From Thermoanaerobaculia bacterium (GTDB taxonomy: Bacteria > Acidobacteriota > Thermoanaerobaculia > Multivoradales > UBA5704): a DNA stretch of 38,319 bases. Shown here piece after piece: positions 16,292 through 24,772 of the stretch. Below the pieces are notes generated by a model. The model searched no databases. It was given only the letters and a program-made list of their open reading frames with translations, and was not told where the DNA came from. Position 1 is the first letter of the stretch, and every line of letters begins with the position of its first letter. A program made the position numbers and the translations under genes. Where the stretch lies: positions 1 to 38,319 of the forward strand of contig DATIOS010000205.1 of assembly GCA_035472915.1 (NCBI GenBank), read 5' to 3'.

Positions 16292-18304
16292 CTACGCCGG
16301 GCTCAAGGCCGGAGATTGCTCCGCGACCTTCTGGAACATGCCCGGCGTGTAGGCCGTGATCTTGCCGGTGAAGGCCGAGGCGGCGACGGTGAGCGGCGAG
16401 GCGAGCCAGAGCTTGCCGGGGCCGGAGCGGCCTTTGTAGTTGCGGTTGATGGCGCTGACGGTGACCTCGTCGGCGCTCTCCGAGACACCCGGCCCGCAGC
16501 CGATGCAGGCGCCGCAGCCGGGGTGGATGAGCTGCACGCCCGCTCGCACGAAGGTGTCGGCGAGGCCGTTCTCCCAGACGAAGCGCTCTACCGCCTGGGA
16601 ACCGCACTGGATCATGAAGCGCACGCCGGGAGCCACCTTGAGGCCGGCGTCCACCGCTTCCTTGACCACCTGGTGATAGAAGATCAGGTCGTCGATCTTT
16701 CCCGCCGTGCAGCTCCCGCCGTAGGCGATGTCGATGCGCACGTCGCCGATCTCGTCAACCCAGGCGCCGTTGGTCGGATCGGAAGGGACGCCATGGTCCG
16801 GGTCGCCCGGGTGGGCCACCATGGGCCGCAGGGAAGAGAGATCGATCGAGTGGACGCCGCCCGCGTACTCCGCACCCTCGTCGGGAGCCACCGCGCGGGC
16901 CTTCAGCCGCTCGAGGTCGACGCCCGGCCGCCACTCGGCGAGCCAACGCCAGGTCTCGTCGTCGGCGATGACGATGGCCGTCTTCGCCGCGCATTCGGTC
17001 GCCATGTTGGTGAGAGTCGCCCGCTCGTCCATCGAGAGGGTCGAAATCCCGGGACCTGCAAACTCCATCACCCGGTCGAGCGTGGCCTGCGGGCGGGCAT
17101 GATTCAAGAGGATATAAAGCATCAGGTCCTTGGCCGTCACGCCCGGCTGAAGCTTGCCCGTCAGCTCGAAGCGGATCGACTCGGGGACCTCGACCTGGGT
17201 GAAACCCTGGTAGATGAGATCCGCGTATTCGGTGGAGCCGACGCCCCAGGTGAGAGCGTTGTTGACGCCGCCCATGCAGGTGTGGCTGTCGGTCGCCTGG
17301 ATGAAGTCGCCAGGCTCGATCAGGAACTCGCGCGCCACCTCGTGGCAGATGCCCGGAGAGACGCCGTTCTGGGCTGAGAAGTTGCGCACGCCGGTGTGGG
17401 CCTGGAACTCTCGCTGGAGCTGGCGCAGGGTTTCGATCTTGTCGAGGAAGACGCGCATCTTCGGCACCTCGTCGGCGTAGATGAGGTGGTCCTCGAAGAC
17501 GGCGAGCTTCGCCGGGTTCTTGACCTTGTAGCCCGGGCCGTACTCCTGCTCCAGGAAGTAATGGACCTGGGCGGTGGTGAACTCGTGGGAGTAGCCGCCG
17601 TCCACCGACACCACCACGGCGTCGCCCGGTTTGACATAGTGGGGTCCCTCGCCGGACAGGTGACGGGCGAGGATCTTCTCCGCCATGGTCATGGGGCGCG
17701 GCCCGGTGTGCGGCTTGGGCAGCTCGATCTCGCCCGCGGCCAGCGCCTTCGAGAACGGGAAGAGGCCGCCCTGACGGATGACGATCCGGGTGATCGGGTC
17801 CCAGCCGTCGCAGAACTCGTCGAGCGGGATGCCCTCCCCCGCCTGCAGCCGGCGGATCACCTCGTGATCGCCCATCAACACGCCCTGGGAGATGTTGTTG
17901 CGGGCATGAATCGGGGCAAAGGAGGCGGCGATGGCGATGCGGATGCCGGACCACTTCTCCGCCTGCACGGCGGTCTCGCGGGAGCTGCCGACTCCCTTGC
18001 GATAGCCGGAGACGATGACCTCGAAGTTGCCGTTGATCAGGGCGTCACGCTCGAACAGGCGCTTGCCGTCGACGATCAGGCCGGCGTAGGCGTCGCGGGC
18101 TATGTCCTCCGGCCGGTGGCTGAAGCACACCCACGCCGGGGTCATGGCGTCGGTGTTGATATCGTCCAGCAGCTCCTCGACCCGGAGATCCTCCATGCGG
18201 AGGTCCAGCTCGCCCTTCAGTTGGCGGCGGATCAGCTCCGGATCCTTGGTGAGGAACAGCACCCGCTTGCCGGGGGTCAGCCGAACGATCTCGGGAGGCT
18301 TCAT
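16292..18304 (-). CDS. Aconitase-family Fe-S hydro-lyase with N-terminal swivel (LeuD-like) domain
   Basis: GVGSSRETAVQAEKWSGI is the swivel-domain GSSRE motif near the N-terminus. It is followed by DSHTCMGG, GGSCTAGK and PGCGACIGCG, the cluster-ligand motifs of the large domain. ATG 18304 is preceded by GGAGAG; the upstream part of the track ORF lacks support. Confidence 0.85.
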   Translation of the reverse strand: MKPPEIVRLTPGKRVLFLTKDPELIRRQLKGELDLRMEDLRVEELLDDINTDAMTPAWVCFSHRPEDIARDAYAGLIVDGKRLFERDALINGNFEVIVSGYRKGVGSSRETAVQAEKWSGIRIAIAASFAPIHARNNISQGVLMGDHEVIRRLQAGEGIPLDEFCDGWDPITRIVIRQGGLFPFSKALAAGEIELPKPHTGPRPMTMAEKILARHLSGEGPHYVKPGDAVVVSVDGGYSHEFTTAQVHYFLEQEYGPGYKVKNPAKLAVFEDHLIYADEVPKMRVFLDKIETLRQLQREFQAHTGVRNFSAQNGVSPGICHEVAREFLIEPGDFIQATDSHTCMGGVNNALTWGVGSTEYADLIYQGFTQVEVPESIRFELTGKLQPGVTAKDLMLYILLNHARPQATLDRVMEFAGPGISTLSMDERATLTNMATECAAKTAIVIADDETWRWLAEWRPGVDLERLKARAVAPDEGAEYAGGVHSIDLSSLRPMVAHPGDPDHGVPSDPTNGAWVDEIGDVRIDIAYGGSCTAGKIDDLIFYHQVVKEAVDAGLKVAPGVRFMIQCGSQAVERFVWENGLADTFVRAGVQLIHPGCGACIGCGPGVSESADEVTVSAINRNYKGRSGPGKLWLASPLTVAASAFTGKITAYTPGMFQKVAEQSPALSPA

Positions 18305-18479
18305 CGGGGCTCTCCTCTGCGGAAAGAATCGCCCAACCCGTGGCGGGCAGGTGACGAGACACCGACATTGTATCCAACGCCGGCAGCCGGGGGGACTATT
18401 CTCTTCGCAGTGCTCCAAGTGGGAAACCGATTCTTGTTCTGTAACGGTTCCTGCGCGCTGGGGCGCTCCGGAGGTCATC

Positions 18480-18938
18480 ATGGCCGGCCTGGCAAGTGAG
18501 TTGTTGTTTGAGATGAGCCTGGTTCTGGAACCGATTCAGGTCGTAGGACCTACGCCCAACGGCGACCGCCGGATCCGTTATGTCAAGGGCGGAAGCTTCT
18601 CGGGACCGAAGCTTCGGGGCGAGGTCCTTCCCGGAGGTGGGGACTGGCTCCTGTTGCGGCCGGACGGAGCTCGGACCCTCGATATCCGATTGACGCTCCG
18701 CACTGACGATGGCCATCCCATCTTTCTCGTCTCCCGGGGCATCCTCCTCCTCTCGCCCGAGACCTTACAGCGCATTGCCGCCGGGGAGGACGTCGATCCT
18801 GCCGAGTACTACTTCCGCACGACGCCGCTCTTCGAGACGGCGGCGGAGAAGCTCGACTGGCTGAACCGTGTCGTGACGGTGAGCGTCGGAAGGTTGGCGG
18901 CGACGACGGCGGTCCAAACGATCTACGCCATCCTTTAG
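18480..18938 (+). CDS. DUF3237 (UPF0311) family protein
   Basis: ATG 18480 is preceded by GGAGG. ELLFEMSLVLEPIQVVGPTPNGDRRIRYVKGGSFSGPKLRGEVLPGGGDWLLLRPDGARTLDIRLTLRTDDG matches the DUF3237 pattern. Confidence 0.75.
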   Translation: MAGLASELLFEMSLVLEPIQVVGPTPNGDRRIRYVKGGSFSGPKLRGEVLPGGGDWLLLRPDGARTLDIRLTLRTDDGHPIFLVSRGILLLSPETLQRIAAGEDVDPAEYYFRTTPLFETAAEKLDWLNRVVTVSVGRLAATTAVQTIYAIL

Positions 18939-18953
18939 ATAGGCCGACGGCAC

Positions 18954-20957
18954 CTATCGCGGCTCCCGCGAAGACGCCTTGATCCGCTGGGAGGTGTGGT
19001 GGGCGAGGGCCATGACGGTGATCATCGGGTTGACGCCGGAGGAGACCGGGAAGGCGCTGGCGTCGCCGATGTAGAGGCCGCGCACGCCGAAGACCTCGCC
19101 GTTCTCGTCGCACACCGCGCTGCGGCGGTCGTTCCCCATCCGGCAGGTGCCCAACTGATGAGCGCTGAAGATGGGCGACCGGTTGCGGTCGAGGGGACTG
19201 GCGGCGAGGCGATCGCAGAAGGCGTCGATCGCCGCCGGGGTGAGGCCGGCGCCCCGCCGGAGCTGGTGCGGACGGCTGTGAAGGGCCAGCACCTCGAGCG
19301 CTCCGGCGGCGAAGTGCAGGCGCGCCGCGGTCGCGACTCCCTGCCGCAGGTGGGCATGGGCCTCGCGGTCCGGCTGATACTCGACGACGGGCCGCCCATC
19401 GCGTCCGGCGCGGACCCGGCCGCCCCGCCGGTCGCGAACCAGGACGACCCAACCGCTCTTGTGGGCGCTTTTCTGCATCTCCCGACGGTGCTCTCTCGCC
19501 CCATGCCACGGGGTGGCGAGCGCCAGCAATCCAGGATGAGCCGGCACCGTTTCCAAACGGAAGCCATAGAGGCCGGACAAGTGGCTGAAATCCTCGCACA
19601 GCACGCTTTGCGGCGGACCCTTCCACGTCTCGATGACATCCTCGTAAACGCCGGCCACCGAGGTCGCCGGGTGAAGATACAGATGCCGGCCCAGCGCCGG
19701 CAGGTCGAGGCCGGAACGCAAAAGAAGCGCCGGCGAATGGATGCTGCCGGCCGCGACGACGACGACAGGGGCCGAAATCTGCACCGGATGCTGCCGGCCG
19801 GTGCCCTCCTCCGTAGCGACGGCGTTGACGCCCGTCACCTTGCCGTTCCGCCACAGCACCCGCTCGGCACAGCAGCGGACGACGATCTCCGCCGCACCGT
19901 CCCGTTGGGCATCGGCGAGATAGGTGACGGCCGTCGACTGCTTGGCACCCAGCCGGCAGCCGAAGGTGCAATAGCCGCACTGCTCCGGATCGCAGCCCCG
20001 CGCGTTGCGGGCGAGGATCGTCCAGTGGTGGCCGAGGGCGTCACAGCCGTCGCGAAGCTTGGCGTTGTTGGGATTGACCTCGCTCTCGCCGGTGCCGGCA
20101 TTGAGCCGCGCCATCACCGCCGCAAGCGAGTGCGTGAAGCTTTCCTGGGTGAAGTGCGGGCAGCCGGAGCTCTCGGCCCACTCGGCTCGGACCTCGTCGG
20201 GGAGGGGCAGGGAGGTTTGCCAGTTGATCGTGGTGCCGCCGCCCAGCGCGCCACCGGCGAGGATGGCCATTCCCAGGTCACTGCTGGCCGTGAGGCCGGC
20301 GTCGAGATAGAGGTTCTGCAGGCCCGGCAACTCGAGCTGATCGAAGTCGGGGGCCTGAAGGCCGGCGCCCGCTTCCAGCACGACCACTTTGCGTCCCGCC
20401 GCCGCGAGCTCGGCGGCCACCACTCCACCGCCCGCTCCCGAGCCGATGACGCAGACGTCGCAATCGAAGGTGGCGGGCGCGGCGATCGACGTCAGCCGTA
20501 GGCCCGCCGGCCTCGCCGGGCGCCGTGGCGAGGACGTGTAACCGATCGCCGGCCAGGTTGGGTTCTCTCCGGCGGATAGCAGCGAGTAGAAGAAGAAGGT
20601 GGCCAGCCGCTTCAGGGCCTGAAATCCGGTCCGCAGTAGAGACAGCCGGCTGTTCGACATGGCGAGGAGGAAGCGCTCCGCCTCCGCTTGAGGCATGGCT
20701 GCGAAGCGCCGCAACCGGCCGGTCAGCAGGAGAGGCAGAACCGGGGTCCCCAGCAGCCCCAGCAGCCGGCTAAGCTCCGCCTGCTTGTCGTCGCCGAGCG
20801 CGCCGATCGTCTCCTCCATCGCCGCGGTCAAGCCCAAGGCGGAGGCGTCGAGCGCGAAAAGCCGCGGATCGTCTCCTTCCTGAGGAGCCAGGGCGGGAAG
20901 GAACGCGGTGCAGACCGACTGGAGCGTCGCACGCTCCGCCGCGGAAAGAACAGCCAT
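18954..20957 (-). CDS. GMC family FAD oxidoreductase (long-chain alcohol oxidase-like N-terminal extension)
   Basis: CDVCVIGSGAGGGVVAAELAAAGRKVVVLEAG is the FAD ADP-binding fold. The C-terminal HQLGTCRMG and LYIGDASAFPVSSGVNP are GMC signatures. ATG 20957 has AAGGCAGGA upstream. Confidence 0.85.
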   Translation of the reverse strand: MAVLSAAERATLQSVCTAFLPALAPQEGDDPRLFALDASALGLTAAMEETIGALGDDKQAELSRLLGLLGTPVLPLLLTGRLRRFAAMPQAEAERFLLAMSNSRLSLLRTGFQALKRLATFFFYSLLSAGENPTWPAIGYTSSPRRPARPAGLRLTSIAAPATFDCDVCVIGSGAGGGVVAAELAAAGRKVVVLEAGAGLQAPDFDQLELPGLQNLYLDAGLTASSDLGMAILAGGALGGGTTINWQTSLPLPDEVRAEWAESSGCPHFTQESFTHSLAAVMARLNAGTGESEVNPNNAKLRDGCDALGHHWTILARNARGCDPEQCGYCTFGCRLGAKQSTAVTYLADAQRDGAAEIVVRCCAERVLWRNGKVTGVNAVATEEGTGRQHPVQISAPVVVVAAGSIHSPALLLRSGLDLPALGRHLYLHPATSVAGVYEDVIETWKGPPQSVLCEDFSHLSGLYGFRLETVPAHPGLLALATPWHGAREHRREMQKSAHKSGWVVLVRDRRGGRVRAGRDGRPVVEYQPDREAHAHLRQGVATAARLHFAAGALEVLALHSRPHQLRRGAGLTPAAIDAFCDRLAASPLDRNRSPIFSAHQLGTCRMGNDRRSAVCDENGEVFGVRGLYIGDASAFPVSSGVNPMITVMALAHHTSQRIKASSREPR

Positions 20958-21153
20958 GATCCTGCCTTGTCGCCTGCGCCGGCAGCCGGTTGGTTCCGGG
21001 GCCGGAGAATTGGGGGCCGGGTGAGACGATCCCATGAACGGCTGGGGCTGTCAAAAGCTCGGCTGCCCGCGACTCTCTTCCGATGCAGACAAAGGAATGC
21101 AACTCACGGCAAGGAATGCCAGCGGCGCGAAAGGGGCGTGCTATCATCGGGAC

Positions 21154-21390
21154 ATGAAAGAGGCAGTCGCTCCTCTCGCGAAGCAGCCCCGTACGACCAC
21201 GCGGAAGACTCGGACCAAGAAGCACATTGTGGTCCCTCTCACCGCCGAGCAGATCTCTCGCAACGTCGGAGTCACCAAGAAAGATGCCGCCCTGGTGACC
21301 AAGGTCCTCTTGGAGCTAGGCTACATCAAAGCCGAAAAAGCGCCGAAGGAAAAGGTCAGGCGTAGTCCTGCGAAAGAGTCAGGGCTATGA
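21154..21390 (+). CDS. Small basic hypothetical protein (78 aa)
   Basis: MKEAVAPLAKQPRTTTRKTRTKKHIVVPLTAEQISRNVGVTKKDAALVTKVLLELGYIKAEKAPKEK is Lys-rich with a possible helical DNA-binding-like segment. There is no strong RBS. It ends at a TGA that is in frame with the next ORF. Confidence 0.35.
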   Translation: MKEAVAPLAKQPRTTTRKTRTKKHIVVPLTAEQISRNVGVTKKDAALVTKVLLELGYIKAEKAPKEKVRRSPAKESGL

Positions 21391-21513
21391 CCCCCAAGGG
21401 CTGAGACGCTGAGATCTTCGGCCGCTACGACCCGTCAAACCGTTTTCCTCAACATTCCCTTCGATGAGGGCTACAGGCCGCTGCTGGTTGCCCTGTTAGC
21501 GGGCCTCACCGCA

Positions 21514-22023
21514 GTGGGATGTGCGCCACGCTGCGTGCTGGAAGTCCCCAGCGGAAGCCAGAATCGTCTGGACAGGATTTACGGCCTGATCGCGAGCTGC
21601 GGTGCATCGATCCACGATCTCAGCCGGGTTTCGGTGTCCGGTCCGCTGCGAGTCCCGCGCTTCAACATGCCTTTCGAGCTGGGGCTCGCCTACGCCATTG
21701 GACGAGAGCGAGCGCACAGCTTCTTCGTCTTCGAGGAGCGGTCGCATCGGCTGCAAGCCAGCTTGAGCGACTTCAACGGTTTCGATCCACACATCCATGA
21801 AGGAACCCAGGACGGAATCCTGCGGTGCGTCCTGGATTGTTTTGGCACGCAAGGTCAACAACCCGAATTTTCGACGCTGAAGGCAGTAACCCGAAAGCTC
21901 AGCCGAGCCGTAACCAAACTGGAACGCGATCAGGGGGCTCGGCATCCATTCCATCCTTATATTTTTCGCCAAGCTGTCAACGCGGCGGTTCAGCTTGCTC
22001 TGACCGAAGGCCTGAGCTTCTGA
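21514..22023 (+). CDS. Flavodoxin-like-fold protein resembling nucleoside 2-deoxyribosyltransferase/TIR-like families; true start probably upstream
   Basis: GTG 21514 is the first canonical start, but the frame is open from 21391. The upstream residues TVFLNIPFDEGYRPLLVALLAGL look like the first strand-helix of the domain. The later motifs ASIHDLSR and PRFNMPFELGLAYAIGR resemble the NDT-type D/E..G...ElG.A motif. Confidence 0.6.
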   Translation: MGCAPRCVLEVPSGSQNRLDRIYGLIASCGASIHDLSRVSVSGPLRVPRFNMPFELGLAYAIGRERAHSFFVFEERSHRLQASLSDFNGFDPHIHEGTQDGILRCVLDCFGTQGQQPEFSTLKAVTRKLSRAVTKLERDQGARHPFHPYIFRQAVNAAVQLALTEGLSF

Positions 22024-22075
22024 TCTCCTTCCCCTGACAATACCGGCCTACGCGAGGCCGTGGTATAAGCCGGCC

Positions 22076-23683
22076 ATGGCTGACGCTCCTTCCGGCAACC
22101 TCTACGAGAACGTGGTGGGACGCCCTTTGGGGCCCGAGGCGGGCGCCCTGCCGCCGCCGCGGAGCTCGGCTTCCGTGGTGCTCTGGCGGCGCCTGGAGGG
22201 GGGCGGCCAGAACGACTTTGAAGTCTATTGGGTGAAGCGGGCGGAGCAGCTCGCCTTCATGGGCGGCTGGCACGCGTTCCCTGGCGGCGGAATGTCGCGC
22301 TCCGACGCCGCTCTTCCGATCTCCGGCGAGCCGCAGCTCGCCGCGAATGCGCCGCCGGCCGCGAGTCTTCCGGCAACTCTACGCAGTGTCGACGAGGCGG
22401 GACCAGACCTCTTGCCGGGCCTCGTCGCCTGTGCCCTACGCGAGCTTTTCGAGGAGACTGGGATCCTGCTGTCCACTCCGGCCGTCGATCCCGAGGAGCT
22501 TCCCGATCTGCGCAAGGCTCTGCTCGCGGGTGAACGCACCTTTGCCGACATTCTCAAGTCCCTGGACGTCAAGCTCGAGGCCTCGCCCCTGGTGTATGCC
22601 GGCCGCTGGGTGACGCCGCCCTTTGCGCCCATCCGCTTCGACAACCGCTTCTTCCTTCTGGAATGGCCTCCCAACGCTCCGGCCCAGCCGGCGGTGATCG
22701 AGGGCGAGCTCGAGCACGGCGCGTGGATTCTCGCCGCCGAAGCCTGGGAAGCGTGGCGGCGAGGGAGCGTGCTGGCGGCGCCGCCCATCCTCCATGTTCT
22801 GGAGGTGCTCAGTCAGGACGGCCCGACCCGCGGCCTCGGCCGCCTGCGCGATCCGGCCGAGACCTTCCTCGGCCCCCTTCGCCGCGTGGAGATGCGCCCC
22901 GGAGTCCTGATGTTCCCCCTCCTCACCTACACGCTCCCGCCGGCGGCGACCACCAACGCCTACCTTCTGGGAATCCACGACTGCGTCCTGGTGGACCCCG
23001 GCGCCTCCTCCGAAGCGGAGCTGGGCGGTCTTGAGCAGGCGCTGGCCGCCGCCCGCGAGCGGCTCGGCCGCAGGGTCACGGCCATCTGGCTCACCCACCA
23101 CCATCCAGACCACGTGGGCGGCGTCGAAAGGCTGCGCGGCACCCTCGGCGTTCCCGTCCTGGCTCATCCGCTGACGGCGGAGCGGCTCGCCGGACGGGGA
23201 ATCAAGATCGACGGCGAGCTTCAGGACGGCCAGCAGGTTGTGCTCGGGGGAAACTACTCCGTCCAGGTGATCCACACTCCGGGTCATGCCCGGGGACACC
23301 TCTGTTTCCTGGAGGAGGAGCAGGGATCGTTGCTGTGCGGTGACATGGTTTCCGGAGTGAGCATGATCGTCGTCGATCCCCCTGAGGGGGATATGGATGA
23401 TTACCTGGGCTCGCTCGCCAAGCTGGCGGCGCTTCACCCTGACACTCTCTTTCCCGGTCACGGTCCGACGATCAAGAACGCGGACGCCAAGCTGCGCGAG
23501 TACCTCAAGCACCGGCGCTGGCGCGAGGAGCGCATCCTGGAAGCCTGGAACGCGGGCCTGCGCGAACCCGCCGAGATGCTCCCCACCGTCTATGAGGACG
23601 TGCCTCCCCAGGCTTGGCCGCTCGCCCAGCGCCAGATCCTCGCTCACCTGGACCGGCTGCGGAAACAGGGACGGATCGCCTGA
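22076..23683 (+). CDS. NUDIX-like domain fused to MBL-fold metallo-hydrolase
   Basis: The N-terminal part carries ALRELFEETGIL (a partial Nudix box, with an insertion after the FPGGG segment). The C-terminal part carries WLTHHHPDHVGG (the HxHxDH MBL motif), HTPGHARGH and FPGHGP. Confidence 0.85.
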   Translation: MADAPSGNLYENVVGRPLGPEAGALPPPRSSASVVLWRRLEGGGQNDFEVYWVKRAEQLAFMGGWHAFPGGGMSRSDAALPISGEPQLAANAPPAASLPATLRSVDEAGPDLLPGLVACALRELFEETGILLSTPAVDPEELPDLRKALLAGERTFADILKSLDVKLEASPLVYAGRWVTPPFAPIRFDNRFFLLEWPPNAPAQPAVIEGELEHGAWILAAEAWEAWRRGSVLAAPPILHVLEVLSQDGPTRGLGRLRDPAETFLGPLRRVEMRPGVLMFPLLTYTLPPAATTNAYLLGIHDCVLVDPGASSEAELGGLEQALAAARERLGRRVTAIWLTHHHPDHVGGVERLRGTLGVPVLAHPLTAERLAGRGIKIDGELQDGQQVVLGGNYSVQVIHTPGHARGHLCFLEEEQGSLLCGDMVSGVSMIVVDPPEGDMDDYLGSLAKLAALHPDTLFPGHGPTIKNADAKLREYLKHRRWREERILEAWNAGLREPAEMLPTVYEDVPPQAWPLAQRQILAHLDRLRKQGRIA

Positions 23684-23916
23684 GGCCCGGGTTCCTCGCT
23701 TACAATCGGCGAGCTTCGGAAGCGGACGCTAGGATCGCCCAAGCGCAGGCATGGGAGGTGCATGATGGGATGAGTTTGGGGCGAAATAAGGGGACGGCAG
23801 GCCTCGTTGTTGCTTCGTGCAGGGGGGCGATCCACGCCGGTTGGCGCAGCGATCCCGAGATTTCAAAATCAACCCGGCATTGGTTCGATGCCATTTGACA
23901 GAGCCGAGGAAAAATC

Positions 23917-24618
23917 ATGATTTTCAACATCAAGGCTTTCGCGGTCGCAGCCAGCTTGATGGCGGCGGTGCTCCTTCCGGCTGGAGCATTGGCCCAGGCG
24001 CCTCCGAGCCAAACCCCGCCGCCGCAGGGTCAGCCCACCGCCACGCCGCCGCCGGCAACGACGCCCGCCGAGGGGCAGCCGGCAACGACGCCGCAAGCGC
24101 AGCCGCCAGCCGCACCCGAGAAGAAGATCATCACCCCTGAGGAGGCCGGACTTTCCTTCGCGCCACCTCAGGATTGGAAACAGGGAGATCCGAAGGGCTT
24201 CAACGTGCCTGGCAACATCTGTTGCGCCTGGTCGCCGGACAACGTCGCCTCGGTTGTCGTCTTCGTGCAGACGGTTGGGCAGCCCTACAGCCCGCGGGTG
24301 CTGCTCGAGCAGAGCGCCCAGGCTCTGGAGAAGGGCCTGGGCGCCGAGGTGAAGAAGAAGGAAGTCATCGACGTCGCCGGCATGCGCGCCTTCTCGCTGG
24401 TGGTGACCGGCAACGGCAACGGCGCGGCCATCGACGGCAAGGGCACGGTCCGCACCACCCAGCATTGGGTGGCCATTCCCCGGGAAAAGGACATCGTCAT
24501 CTTCCTGATGAACTCGCCGGAGGCCAACTTCGAGAAGAACGAACAGACGCTCCAGACGGTCCTCAGCACCCTCAAGGTCACCGGCCAGCAGTCGCCCGAG
24601 CAGCGGGCCGCCAAGTAG
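23917..24618 (+). CDS. Secreted hypothetical protein with Pro/Thr/Gln-rich linker
   Basis: ATG preceded by GAGGAAAAA. Signal peptide FAVAASLMAAVLLPAGALAQA, then PPSQTPPPQGQPTATPPPATTPAEGQPATTPQAQPPAAP, then a globular domain. Confidence 0.6.
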   Translation: MIFNIKAFAVAASLMAAVLLPAGALAQAPPSQTPPPQGQPTATPPPATTPAEGQPATTPQAQPPAAPEKKIITPEEAGLSFAPPQDWKQGDPKGFNVPGNICCAWSPDNVASVVVFVQTVGQPYSPRVLLEQSAQALEKGLGAEVKKKEVIDVAGMRAFSLVVTGNGNGAAIDGKGTVRTTQHWVAIPREKDIVIFLMNSPEANFEKNEQTLQTVLSTLKVTGQQSPEQRAAK

Positions 24619-24772
24619 CAGGCGGCGGCCGGCAAGGTACGGCAGGGACACGAGCATCCTGTCCCTGATGTCTCTGTCGTCCCTTTCGTCCCTTCTCCCT
24701 TGGCCACGGTTGGCACCGCCCTCCCAGGCATGGGATGATCCCGCCGGACCTTCGCGCGAGGAAAATCCCGAA

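Noticed and set aside
18102-18479. N-terminal 126 codons of track ORF 18102-18938
   Set aside because: This part is antisense to the 5' end of the aconitase-family gene and is low complexity (S/R rich). A GGAGG-preceded ATG at 18480 starts exactly where DUF3237 similarity begins.
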